A stretch of DNA of 64,000 nucleotides from an uncultured Thermoleophilaceae bacterium (lineage in GTDB: Bacteria > Actinomycetota > Thermoleophilia > Solirubrobacterales > Thermoleophilaceae). Below, piece by piece: positions 42,074 through 51,091 of this stretch. Below the pieces are notes generated by a model. It was not told where the DNA came from. It worked only from the letters and a program-made list of their open reading frames with translations, and did no database searches. The first letter of the stretch is position 1, and each line of letters opens with the position of its first letter. The stretch covers positions 182,066 to 246,065 of the forward strand of contig CAWGZM010000007.1 of NCBI GenBank assembly GCA_963827065.1. The letters are read 5' to 3'. The translations under genes and the position numbers were made by a program.

Positions 42074-42801
42074 GGCTCCCCGAGGGCGGACTCGATCGCG
42101 TCGGTGACGCTGCCCGCGTCGAGCGAGCTGAGCTCGAGCGGCTGCGGCGCGGCGTTCCCCCTCTGCACGAAGAAGGAGGGCGTGCCGCTCACCCCGAGCC
42201 GGTTGGCCTGGCGCTCCGCCTGCCGGATCAGCGCCTGCGCCTGCGGTGTGTCGAGGTCGGATTCGAGCTGGCCGACATCGAGCCCCGGCGTGGCGCGCGC
42301 GAGCCGCTGCAGGAACTGGTCGGTGGCGTAGCCCGAGTTCTCCTGCCCCTGGTTGCGAAAGAAGAGGTCGCTGAACTCCCAGCCCTTGTCCTGCAGCGTC
42401 GCCGCGGCCGCGACCTCGGCGCCGCGCTCCGAGTCCGGGCCGATGAAGCGCAGCAGCCGCAGTTGCAGCTTGAGCCGTCCGGTCCGTACGTAGTCCTCGA
42501 TGACGGAGGGCAGCGCGCCGGTCGTGTACTGGGCGCAGAAGGGGCACTGGAGGTCCGCGAACTCGATCAGGGTCGCGGGCGCGTCGGGCTCGCCGAGCGT
42601 GACGCCTTGCTGCGGAATGCCGCCGAAGAGCTCCTCGACCTCGGCGGACTGGCTCGGCTGGGCCCGGCCACCGGAGGCAGACGGCTGTTCCTCGTCATCC
42701 GACCCGCCCTGGCTGATCACGATCGCCACCACCACGACGACCACGGCTGCCAGCAGGGCGCCACCCAGCAGCATCAGCCGCCTGTTTCGATCCGCGCTCA
42801 C
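42070..42801 (-). CDS. Membrane-anchored DsbA-family thiol:disulfide oxidoreductase
   Basis: N-terminal TM helix (LMLLGGALLAAVVVVVVAIVI), LIEFADLQCPFCAQY (CxxC) and C-terminal GVSGTPSFFV (cis-Pro loop). Confidence 0.75.
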   Translation of the reverse strand: MSADRNRRLMLLGGALLAAVVVVVVAIVISQGGSDDEEQPSASGGRAQPSQSAEVEELFGGIPQQGVTLGEPDAPATLIEFADLQCPFCAQYTTGALPSVIEDYVRTGRLKLQLRLLRFIGPDSERGAEVAAAATLQDKGWEFSDLFFRNQGQENSGYATDQFLQRLARATPGLDVGQLESDLDTPQAQALIRQAERQANRLGVSGTPSFFVQRGNAAPQPLELSSLDAGSVTDAIESALGEP

Positions 42802-42812
42802 CCGGCTGCAGG

Positions 42813-43469
42813 CTAGAGAAGATGCTCGAGCCCGACGGTGGGCGAGCGCTCGAGCGACCCGACCCTGCGCACCGCGAGCAGCACGCCCGGCATGAACGAC
42901 TCGCGCGCGATCGAGTCGTGGCGGATCGAGAGCGTCTGGCCGAGCCCGCCGAAGAGGACCTCCTGGTGCGCGACGAGGCCAGGCAGGCGCACCGAGTGAA
43001 TCGGCTCGTGGACGTTGCCCCCGGCCGCGCGGACCAGCTCGGCGGTCCGCGCCGCGGTGCCGGAGGGCGCGTCGACCTTGCGGTCGTGATGGAGCTCGAC
43101 GATCTCGCACTCGGGCAGGTGCTGCGCGGCCTGCTCGGCGAAGCGCATCATGAGCACCGCGCCGATGGCGAAGTTGGGCGCAACGAAGAGGTTCGCGTCG
43201 CCGACGCCCTCGAGGTCCGAGAAGTCGGCGCCGGTCGTGCCCATCACGCAGTGGACGCCCGCCTCGAGGCACGTGCGGGCGTTGTGAAGCGCGCTGTCGG
43301 GCGTCGAGAAGTCGACAATCACGTCGGCGTCGCCGAGCACGTCCGGCAGCCCGACCTGGAGCAACGGGTCGGCTCGGCCCACGAGCGCCATGTCTTCGGC
43401 GCCCTCGACGGCTGCGCAGACCGTCTCCCCCATGCGCCCCGCGGCGCCGGAGACGGCTACGTTGATCAC
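42813..43469 (-). CDS. dapB: 4-hydroxy-tetrahydrodipicolinate reductase
   Basis: INVAVSGAAGRMG (NAD(P) fold), DFSTP, APNFAIGAVL and ELHHDRKVDAPSGTA. Confidence 0.85.
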   Translation of the reverse strand: MINVAVSGAAGRMGETVCAAVEGAEDMALVGRADPLLQVGLPDVLGDADVIVDFSTPDSALHNARTCLEAGVHCVMGTTGADFSDLEGVGDANLFVAPNFAIGAVLMMRFAEQAAQHLPECEIVELHHDRKVDAPSGTAARTAELVRAAGGNVHEPIHSVRLPGLVAHQEVLFGGLGQTLSIRHDSIARESFMPGVLLAVRRVGSLERSPTVGLEHLL

Positions 43470-44746
43470 GCCGCCTGCGCGAGCGCGGGGCTCACGGACT
43501 CGAGCGCGGCGCGGAACCGCTCCTCGCTGCCGCCCACGCCGGCTGCCGAGAGGCGGCCGGGTGCCCAGAGGTCTCGGGCAAGCGAGTTCACGTCCTCGAG
43601 CGTCACCGCGTCGAGAGCGGCCAGCAGCTCGTCCACGGTCAGTATCGGGACGTCCATCAGGAGCGAGCTGCCGAGCCGGTTCATGCGTGTCAGCGTCGAT
43701 TCCATCGACAGCACCGTGCGGCCCTTCACGTTCTCGCGGGCGCGCTCGAGCTCCTCCTCGCTCACTCCCTCGCCCTGGACGCGGGCGAGCTCGGCCCCGA
43801 TCACCTCGACCGCCTGGGTCACGTTGTCGGGCCGTGTGCCCACGTAGACGGCCACCTGGCCGCTGTCGCGATAGTGGCTCGCGTAGGAGTAGACGGCATA
43901 CGCGAGCCCGCGCTTCTCGCGCACCTCCTGGAACAGGCGCGACGAGGTCGAGCCGCCCAGGATCGTGTCGAGGATGCGCAGCGCGAAGCGGCGCTCGTCG
44001 TCACGCGGGATCCCCGGACCGCCCAGGCAGAGGTGGTATTGCTCGGTTTCCTTCTGGTGGAAGCGCAGCACCGGCTCCTGGAGCTCCGGCGAGGCCGGCG
44101 CCACCGGCAGCGGCGCCGCGCCGCCGACGGCTCCCTCGACGAGCGACACGATCCGCTCGTGCTCGAGGTTGCCGGCGGCCGCGACCACGATGTTGCCGGG
44201 CACATAGCGCCCGTCGTGCCAGGCCGCGATCGTCGGCACCGGCACCGAGCCCACGACGTCGGCGGTGCCGATGATCGGCCGGCCGAGCGGGTGGTCGCCG
44301 AACACGGCGCCGGCGAGCACGTCGTGGACCTTGTCCGACGGCTCGTCCTCGTACATCGCGATCTCCTCGATCACGACCTGGCGCTCCGAGTCGATGTCCG
44401 GATACGCCGGCCTCAGGATCATGTCCTGGAGCGCGTCGAAGGCGCGCTCGAGATGGCCGTCGAGGAAGCGCGAGTAGACGGAGGTCGTCTCCTTGCCGGT
44501 GCCGGCGTTGACCTCCGCCCCCATCGCGTCGAACAGCTCGTCGATCTCGCGGGACGAGAAGCGCTCCGTGCCCTTGAAGAGCAGGTGCTCCAGGAAGTGC
44601 GAGATCCCGGCCTGGTCGGTGCCCTCGTCACGGGAGCCGGCCCGGACCCAGAACCCGAGCGCGATCGACCGGACCGAGGGCATCGCCTCGGTCACGACCC
44701 GGACGCCCGAGTCGAGGGTGCTGAGCTGGGCCGACTCCGGGCTCAA
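43466..44746 (-). CDS. M16-family (pitrilysin/insulinase) zinc peptidase
   Basis: HxxEH motif ISHFLEHLLFKGT plus a downstream E (..NAGTGKETT..). The start is set to TTG 44746, 5 nt after the pnp stop. The ORF extension to 44974 overlaps pnp. Confidence 0.8.
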   Translation of the reverse strand: MSPESAQLSTLDSGVRVVTEAMPSVRSIALGFWVRAGSRDEGTDQAGISHFLEHLLFKGTERFSSREIDELFDAMGAEVNAGTGKETTSVYSRFLDGHLERAFDALQDMILRPAYPDIDSERQVVIEEIAMYEDEPSDKVHDVLAGAVFGDHPLGRPIIGTADVVGSVPVPTIAAWHDGRYVPGNIVVAAAGNLEHERIVSLVEGAVGGAAPLPVAPASPELQEPVLRFHQKETEQYHLCLGGPGIPRDDERRFALRILDTILGGSTSSRLFQEVREKRGLAYAVYSYASHYRDSGQVAVYVGTRPDNVTQAVEVIGAELARVQGEGVSEEELERARENVKGRTVLSMESTLTRMNRLGSSLLMDVPILTVDELLAALDAVTLEDVNSLARDLWAPGRLSAAGVGGSEERFRAALESVSPALAQAA

Positions 44747-44750
44747 GCGG

Positions 44751-47042
44751 CTACTCGGAGCGCTCGGAGCGGTCCCGGTCGCGGTAGCGCGAACCGCCAC
44801 GGTCCCGGTCGCGGTCGCGCCCGCCGCGGCCGCCGCCGTTCTCACGGTCGCGCCGGCCACGGCCGCCGCGGTCGCCGCGGCCGCCCTTGTCGCCGGTGCC
44901 CATCGACGCCAGCTCCTCGGGCGACTTGTCGGCAATCTCCGGGTCGTCGGCGAGGCGTAGGCCGATACGGCCACGCTCGCGGTCGACCTCGACCACCTTG
45001 ACCGCCAGCTCGTCGCCCCGGTTCACGACCTCCTCGACCGTGCTGGGGCGCTGGCCGGGCGCGATGTTCGAGATGTGCAGCAGGCCGTCGGTGCCCTTGG
45101 CGAGCTCGATGAAGGCGCCGAACGTGGTCGTCTTCACGACCTTGCCGGTGAACTCGTCGCCGACCTCGACCTCCTTGGTCATCGAGCGGATGCGGTCGGT
45201 CAGGGCGTCGCCCTGGTCGCCGCTCTGCGCGTAGATGCGCACCGTGCCGTCGTCGTCGATGTCGATCTGCGCGTCGAACTCCTCCGACAGCGCGCGGATC
45301 GTCTCGCCGCCCTTGCCGATGACCGCGCCGATCTTCTCGGTGTCGATCTGGATCTGCGAGATCCGCGGGGCGTACTGGGACAGCTCCGGGCGCGGCTCGG
45401 CGATGGCGTCGGCCATCTTGCCCAGGATCGACATGCGAGCGTCCTTCGCCTGCGAGAGCGCGTCGCGCAAGATGTCGAACGTCACTCCGGTGATCTTGAT
45501 GTCCATCTGCAGGGCCGTGATGCCCTCGGAGGTACCGGCGACCTTGAAGTCCATGTCGCCCAGGTGGTCCTCCACGCCCGCGATGTCCGTGAGGACGACG
45601 TAGTCGTCGCCCTCCTTGATCAGGCCCATTGCCACGCCGGCCACGGGCGCCTTGATCGGCACGCCCGCGTCCATCAGCGACAGCGTCGAGCCGCAGACCG
45701 AGGCCATCGAGCTCGAGCCGTTCGACTCGAGGATGTCCGAAACCACGCGGATCGTGTACGGGAACTCGTCGATCTTCGGCACCACGGGCACCAGTGCGCG
45801 CTCGGCGAGGGCGCCGTGACCGATGTCGCGTCGCTTGGGGCCGCGCATGAAGCCGGCCTCGCCCACCGAGAACGGCGGGAAGTTGTAGTGGTGGAAGTAG
45901 TGCTTGGCCTCCTGCAGGCCGAGCGTGTCGAGGCGCATCTCGTCACGGGTCGTGCCGAGCGCGGCGACCGAGAACGCCTGCGTCTGGCCGCGGGTGAAGA
46001 TCGCGGAGCCGTGCAGGCGCGGGGCCGCCGGCACCTCGATCCAGATCTCGCGGATCTCCTCGGCGGCGCGGCCGTCGGGGCGCTTCTTGTCCACCGCGAT
46101 GCGGCGGCGGATGATGTCCTTCTCGAGCTTGTCGAAGGCGCGCTGGACCTCGGCCCGGCGGGCGATCACGCCGTCCTCGTCGAGCTCGACCTCAGTGCCG
46201 AGAGCCTCGAGCACCTCCTCCTCGACGGCCTTGGTCGCGTCCTGGCGCTCGAGCTTGTCGGGCACCTGGGTCGCGGCGTCGAGGGCGTCGCCGAAGCGGG
46301 AGCTGATCTCGCTCAGGATCGACTCGTCGACCTGCGGCGGGGTCAGCTCGATCTTGTCCTTGCCGGCCTTGCGGCGCAGCTCATGCTGGGCCTCGCAGAG
46401 GCGCTTGATCTCGGCGTGCGCGATGTCGAGCGCGTCGAGGATCTCGGCCTCGGTGATCTCGTTGGCGCCGGCCTCGACCATCAGGATGGCCTCCTCGGTA
46501 CCCGCGACCACGAGGTCGAGCGGGGACTCGAGCAGCCACTCCTCATCGGGGTTGACGAGGAAGTTGCCCTCGCCGTCCTGGCCGATGCGAACGGCGCCCA
46601 CGGGCGCCGGGAAGGGGATGTCGGAGACCATCAGCGCCGCGCTCGCGCCGTTCATGGCGAGCACGTCATAGGGATGCATGTGGTCGATCGACATCGGAAT
46701 CGAGACCAGCTGGGTCTCGCGGTTCCAGCCCTTCGGGAAGAGCGGGCGCAGCGGCCGGTCGATCATGCGGGCGGTAAGAGTGGCCTTCTCGCCGGCGCGG
46801 CCCTCGCGGCGGAAGAAGCTGCCGGGGATCTTGCCCGCGGCGTACATGCGCTCCTCCACGTCGACGGTCAGCGGGAGGAAGTCGACGTCGCGGGGATTAC
46901 CAGCGGTCGCCGTGCAGAGAACCTTGGTCTCGCCGGCGGTAACGACGACGGAGCCGCTCGCCTGCCTGGCGAGCTTGCCGGTCTCGAACTCGATCGAGCT
47001 CCCGCCCATCTCGAGCGAGACCTGGCTCACATCAACAGTCAT
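44751..47042 (-). CDS. pnp: Polyribonucleotide nucleotidyltransferase (PNPase) with a C-terminal Arg/Gly/Asp-rich tail
   Basis: Two RNase PH domains, KH (IGKGGETIRAL) and S1 (GKVVKTTTFGAFIEL). There is an extra 47-aa tail, GDKGGRGDRGGRGRRDRENGGGRGGRDRDRDRGGSRYRDRDRSERSE. Confidence 0.95.
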   Translation of the reverse strand: MTVDVSQVSLEMGGSSIEFETGKLARQASGSVVVTAGETKVLCTATAGNPRDVDFLPLTVDVEERMYAAGKIPGSFFRREGRAGEKATLTARMIDRPLRPLFPKGWNRETQLVSIPMSIDHMHPYDVLAMNGASAALMVSDIPFPAPVGAVRIGQDGEGNFLVNPDEEWLLESPLDLVVAGTEEAILMVEAGANEITEAEILDALDIAHAEIKRLCEAQHELRRKAGKDKIELTPPQVDESILSEISSRFGDALDAATQVPDKLERQDATKAVEEEVLEALGTEVELDEDGVIARRAEVQRAFDKLEKDIIRRRIAVDKKRPDGRAAEEIREIWIEVPAAPRLHGSAIFTRGQTQAFSVAALGTTRDEMRLDTLGLQEAKHYFHHYNFPPFSVGEAGFMRGPKRRDIGHGALAERALVPVVPKIDEFPYTIRVVSDILESNGSSSMASVCGSTLSLMDAGVPIKAPVAGVAMGLIKEGDDYVVLTDIAGVEDHLGDMDFKVAGTSEGITALQMDIKITGVTFDILRDALSQAKDARMSILGKMADAIAEPRPELSQYAPRISQIQIDTEKIGAVIGKGGETIRALSEEFDAQIDIDDDGTVRIYAQSGDQGDALTDRIRSMTKEVEVGDEFTGKVVKTTTFGAFIELAKGTDGLLHISNIAPGQRPSTVEEVVNRGDELAVKVVEVDRERGRIGLRLADDPEIADKSPEELASMGTGDKGGRGDRGGRGRRDRENGGGRGGRDRDRDRGGSRYRDRDRSERSE

Positions 47043-47165
47043 TCCTGTCCTTTCAGCCGCCTCCGGTTGGCGGCATGGCTTTCTTCATACGTCCGTTGCG
47101 AACCCGGGCAAGGCTAGCAACGCCACGACCGTGCAGCGGATCCGGAGGCGCTGAAAGAGCGCTTT

Positions 47166-47579
47166 CTAGGCGGGATTCTCGGCGGGCACGGACTGGTCCG
47201 CACCCTCCTCGCCACGCTCGAAGCGGCCGCCCCGCGAGGCCTCCCCGTCCGGGGTCGGCATGCGCTGGGCGAGCTCGATCACCGCGGTCGAGCCGGCGAC
47301 CCCGGCCGTGAGCGCCGCGAGCGCCCAGCCGCTTCCCTTGAGCTCGAGTCCGAGCGCCTCGTCGACAGAAGGTCTCCCCGGCCCCGAGTCGGTCAGCGCG
47401 ATCGCCGCCGCGACCAGGGCGAGGTTGAACTCGTAGCCGCCGCCCGTGTTCCAGAGGCCCTTGTCGAAGTGGACCTTGCGGATGGCCGTCCTCATCGTCC
47501 CGGTCAGGTGGGTCCGTGGCCCATGAACAGGCCGCCGATCGTGGCTCGTGCCAGCACTCTTCCGCTGTCCATTGGGCAC
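47166..47579 (-). CDS. DoxX-family C-terminal fragment (possibly an N-terminally truncated remnant)
   Basis: VHFDKGLWNTGGGYEFNLALVAAAIALTDSGPGRPSVDEAL matches only the last third of DoxX proteins. The N-terminal 30 aa are hydrophilic, and no frame upstream encodes the missing TM helices. Confidence 0.4.
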   Translation of the reverse strand: MPNGQRKSAGTSHDRRPVHGPRTHLTGTMRTAIRKVHFDKGLWNTGGGYEFNLALVAAAIALTDSGPGRPSVDEALGLELKGSGWALAALTAGVAGSTAVIELAQRMPTPDGEASRGGRFERGEEGADQSVPAENPA

Positions 47580-47603
47580 TTATTCCCAGTAAGTATGAGC
47601 GAA

Positions 47604-48119
47604 TCAAGGGGCGCCCAGGGCGGCGCGAAATGCATCGCCCGGCACCCCCGGATGGGCCTGGCCCGCGACGAACTGCGTGGGCGTCGTCGTCACCCCCGCC
47701 CGGATGCCGCCGCGGAAGTCGAGCTCGACGTGCTCGCGCGCAGTTTCGGAGCGCCGGTCGGCCTCGAAGCGGTCCAGGTCGAGTCCGATCCGCTCCGCGC
47801 GCTCCCACAGGTGGGGGTCGTCGAGATGACCCTGGTCCTCGAGCAGCGAGTCGTGCATCTCCCAGAAGCGCCCCTGCAGGCCGGCCGCGTGCGCGGCCGC
47901 GGCGAGCACGCGGGCCCGCGGGTGCTTCGAGGTCACGGGGAAGTGCCGGAACACCCTCGTGACGGGCAGCTCCTTGAGGATGAGGTGCGCCGCGGCGCAG
48001 TAGGGGCACTCGAGGTCTGCGTACTCGATCACCACCGGGCCGCTGCCGCGGACGTGGTCGCCCGGGCCCGGCTCAGGCGGTGGCGCGCTGCTCCAGGGCG
48101 TCGAAGATGAGGTTGGCAC
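47604..48119 (-). CDS. DsbA/thioredoxin-fold oxidoreductase (CPYC), no signal peptide
   Basis: VVIEYADLECPYCAAA...FWEMHDSLL...LDLDRF......GIRAGVTTTPTQFV is a DSBA-like layout. The 5' end overlaps the peroxiredoxin 3' end by 47 nt, and there is no later plausible start before the CxxC. Confidence 0.6.
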   Translation of the reverse strand: MPTSSSTPWSSAPPPEPGPGDHVRGSGPVVIEYADLECPYCAAAHLILKELPVTRVFRHFPVTSKHPRARVLAAAAHAAGLQGRFWEMHDSLLEDQGHLDDPHLWERAERIGLDLDRFEADRRSETAREHVELDFRGGIRAGVTTTPTQFVAGQAHPGVPGDAFRAALGAP

Positions 48120-48534
48120 CGGGGATCTCGAGCGGCGGGGACTGATAAGCCCACGTGACGATGCCCTCGGGGTCGACCATCACGAGCGCGCGGCCGGCCA
48201 CGCCGAAGTCCTCGACGAAGACGCCGTAGGCCTTCGCAACCTCGCCCTTCGGGTGGAAGTCGGAGAGCAGCGGCATCGAGACGCCGAGGTGCTGCTGGAA
48301 GGCCTTGTGGGAGAAGGCCCCGTCGACCGAGATGCCGACGAGCGTCGCGCCCTGCTCCTCGATCTGCGGCAGTACCTCCTGGTAGAGGTTCAGCTGATCT
48401 GTGCAGGTCGGGCTGAAGTCGGCCGGGTAGAAGACGAGCACGACGGTGCGCCCGCGGAAGTCCGCCAGCGACACCTTCTTCCCATCCTGGTCCGGCAGCG
48501 TGAAGTCCGGCGCCACGGAGCCGGGCTCGATCAT
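48073..48534 (-). CDS. Peroxiredoxin (AhpC/TSA, Bcp-like 1-Cys/atypical 2-Cys)
   Basis: [38 protein letters not shown] carries the peroxidatic Cys motif. The junction with the rpsO stop is an ATGA overlap. Confidence 0.85.
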   Translation of the reverse strand: MIEPGSVAPDFTLPDQDGKKVSLADFRGRTVVLVFYPADFSPTCTDQLNLYQEVLPQIEEQGATLVGISVDGAFSHKAFQQHLGVSMPLLSDFHPKGEVAKAYGVFVEDFGVAGRALVMVDPEGIVTWAYQSPPLEIPGANLIFDALEQRATA

Positions 48535-48800
48535 CGGCGGAGGCCGAGCTCCTGGATGAGCGACCGGTAGCGGTCGATGTCCGACTTCTGCAGGTACTTG
48601 AGCAGCCGGCGGCGCTTGCCGACGAGCATGAGCAGCCCGCGACGCGAGTGATGGTCCTTCTTGTGCTCGCGCAGGTGCTCGGTGAGCTCGTTGATGCGCG
48701 CGGTGAGCAGCGCCACCTGGACCTCGGTGGAGCCGGTGTCGGCATCCCCGCGCCCATGCTTGGCGACGATCTCGCGCTTTGCCTCTGCCGTCAGTGACAT
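48531..48800 (-). CDS. rpsO: 30S ribosomal protein S15
   Basis: [51 protein letters not shown]. The start is at ATG 48800 (89 aa). Confidence 0.95.
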   Translation of the reverse strand: MSLTAEAKREIVAKHGRGDADTGSTEVQVALLTARINELTEHLREHKKDHHSRRGLLMLVGKRRRLLKYLQKSDIDRYRSLIQELGLRR

Positions 48801-48823
48801 TCGGCGGAAAACCGTAGCAGCCG

Positions 48824-49345
48824 TCAGTGGCTGTCGATCAGGTGGGAGAGCTCGGTCTCCCACTTGGACCAATCCGGCTCACGGGAGGCGTCGGTCAGGT
48901 AGCGCTCGAGGCTGGCGTGGAACGCGGTGCCGCGGGCCGTCGCAGAGCTCTCGAGCGTGATCCCCTCGCGCTCGGCCCAGGCGGCCAGGCGGGAGCGGGC
49001 GTCGCTCAGGTCGTCGACCTCGGCGTGGCTGTAGGGCCCGACGTGGAGGAAGATGGCGTAGCGGCCGCCCGGCAGCGTGCCGGCGTGCACGGGCCCGTCG
49101 GCGTCCGGCGCGGCGGCGGTGGGCACGCCGAGCTCGAAGCGCAGTGGCTGCCCGCCCGGCGACAGCTCGAGGTAGCGGATGAACGGCGCGCCCGCGGGCG
49201 CGATGCCGCGGCTCCCGAGCCAGCCGAAGAGCTCGGGGAACGAGCGGTCGATGAAGCTCCGGAACTCCCCCTCATCCGACGCCTCGCCGGCGATCCCGGC
49301 ATAGGGCTCCTCTGCGCGCTGTTCGATTCTGGGCTCGTGGTTCAT
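48824..49345 (-). CDS. GyrI-like small-molecule-binding domain protein
   Basis: The fold pattern ...PYAGIAGE.......F....F.EL..WL...G....G.PF.RY......... plus the repeat half ...[14 protein letters not shown]...L..WA...G is consistent with the GyrI/AraC effector-binding family. Confidence 0.5.
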   Translation of the reverse strand: MNHEPRIEQRAEEPYAGIAGEASDEGEFRSFIDRSFPELFGWLGSRGIAPAGAPFIRYLELSPGGQPLRFELGVPTAAAPDADGPVHAGTLPGGRYAIFLHVGPYSHAEVDDLSDARSRLAAWAEREGITLESSATARGTAFHASLERYLTDASREPDWSKWETELSHLIDSH

Positions 49346-49373
49346 ATGCCTGTGACCGGCGCCCGGCGGCCGG

Positions 49374-50285
49374 TTAATCGGCGCGCTCGGCGATCGCCGC
49401 CGCCTGCTCGACGTCTGCGTTCATCTGACGAACCAGCGCGTCGACCGAGTCGAAGCGCTTCTCGCCGCGCAGGCGCTCGAGGAAGGCGAGCCGCAGCGTC
49501 TCGCCGTAGATGTCGCCGTCGAAGCCGATCAGGTGCGCTTCGACGAGCAGGCCGCGACCGGTCGCGAAGGTCGGGCGCACGCCGACGTTGACTGCGGCCG
49601 GAATGCCCTCGGCGGGCTGTTCGGGCAAGGAGGTCAGGTAGGCGGTCGCGGCGTAGACGCCGTGGCCGGGACAGACGTAGGCGTCGTCGGGCACCAGGTT
49701 GGCGGTCGGCATGCCGAGCTCGCGACCGCGCTTGTCGCCGTGCACCACCTCGCCCTCGAAGAGGAACGGAGCGCCCAGGAACTCGGCCGCCTCGCTCACC
49801 TCACCGGCGGCCACCAGGCCGCGGATGTGGCTCGAGGAGATCGTCTCGCCCTCTGCCTCGACAAGCGAGACGATGCGCGTCTCGAACTCTTCGTGGCCCG
49901 CGAGGAACTCCGCCGTGCCCTTGGCGCTCTTGCCGAAGCGGAAGTTCTCTCCCACCGAGACCGTCTGCGCGCCGAGCCGGGTCACCAGCACGTCCTGCAC
50001 GAACGCCTCCGCGCTCTGCTCCGAGAAGCCGCGGTCGAAGGGGATGATCACGAGCTCCTCGACGCCCAGCCCGGCGATCAGGTCGCGCTTGACCGGAAAG
50101 GGGCTGATCAGCTTGGGCGTCGCCTCCGGATGGATCACCGACAGCGGGTGCGGGTCGAACGTGAGCACGGTGCTCGAGCCGCGGATCACCTCGCGATGGC
50201 CGAGATGGACGCCGTCGAACGTGCCGATCGCGAGGCTGCGCGGGCCGGACCCGGGCTCCACCTTGGTTAGCTCGACCACCTTCAT
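49374..50285 (-). CDS. ribF: Bifunctional riboflavin kinase / FAD synthetase
   Basis: AIGTFDGVHLGHREV, and the kinase domain G.VVHGDKRGRELGMPTANL...GVRPTF. The junction with truB is an ATGA overlap. Confidence 0.9.
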   Translation of the reverse strand: MKVVELTKVEPGSGPRSLAIGTFDGVHLGHREVIRGSSTVLTFDPHPLSVIHPEATPKLISPFPVKRDLIAGLGVEELVIIPFDRGFSEQSAEAFVQDVLVTRLGAQTVSVGENFRFGKSAKGTAEFLAGHEEFETRIVSLVEAEGETISSSHIRGLVAAGEVSEAAEFLGAPFLFEGEVVHGDKRGRELGMPTANLVPDDAYVCPGHGVYAATAYLTSLPEQPAEGIPAAVNVGVRPTFATGRGLLVEAHLIGFDGDIYGETLRLAFLERLRGEKRFDSVDALVRQMNADVEQAAAIAERAD

Positions 50286-51091
50286 GCGGGCGCGAACACT
50301 ATGACGGGCCGCAGCTCCCCCGCGTGCGGCTCGCCGATCGCGATCAGCTCCCCCTCGTGGGTGAGCCGCAGCTGCGCCGGTGCATCCGGCCCGGCGGCCA
50401 GTCGGCGGCCGTGGCGGACCGCCTGCGCCTCCTCCCCGGAGAGCGGGCGCTCCGGCAGGAAGGCGAGTGCCTCCGCGAGCGGCAGCAGGCGCTCACCCGC
50501 ATCGGCGAGCCGGAACGGGCCGACCGCGGTGCGCTCGAGCTCATCGCAGTACGCGTCGCCGAGGTCGGAGACGAGCACGCGCACGTAGGTTCCCGACGAG
50601 CACTCGATCTCGAAGGCCGCACGCTCGCCCTCGTGCCAGAGGAGCTCAGCCCGGTGCACCCGGATCGGCCGCGGCTCGAGCTCGACCCGCTCGCCGCTCC
50701 TGGCCAGCTCGTAGGCGCGCCTCCCTCCCACCCGCACAGCCGAGTGCGCCGGCGGGCGCTGGAGCTGCTCCCCGACCGGGATCTCGAGCCGGTCGGGAAC
50801 CCGACCGGTGCGGGTGAGCCGGCCGTCGCGGTCGCCGGTGTCGGAGGTCCAGCCGAGCCGCGCGACGGCCCGGTAGGTCTTCGGCAGCGCCATCAGGAAG
50901 CGCTGCGCGCGCGTGGCGCGGCCGACGAGCACGAGCAGCAGGCCCGTCGCGAACGGGTCGAGCGTGCCGGCGTGGCCGACCTTCGTGCCGCGCGGAAGCT
51001 CCCGCCGCACGCGCGCGACGACGTCGTGCGAGGTCACCCCCGCGGGCTTGTCGACCAGCAGGACGCCGTCAGCGGGCGGCGGCGCGGTCAA
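50282..51091 (-). CDS. truB: tRNA pseudouridine(55) synthase
   Basis: LLVDKPAGVTSHDVV...GHAGTLDPFATGLL (catalytic Asp) ... SSGTYVR. The TTG start lies in a TTGA overlap with nrnA. Confidence 0.9.
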   Translation of the reverse strand: MTAPPPADGVLLVDKPAGVTSHDVVARVRRELPRGTKVGHAGTLDPFATGLLLVLVGRATRAQRFLMALPKTYRAVARLGWTSDTGDRDGRLTRTGRVPDRLEIPVGEQLQRPPAHSAVRVGGRRAYELARSGERVELEPRPIRVHRAELLWHEGERAAFEIECSSGTYVRVLVSDLGDAYCDELERTAVGPFRLADAGERLLPLAEALAFLPERPLSGEEAQAVRHGRRLAAGPDAPAQLRLTHEGELIAIGEPHAGELRPVIVFAPA

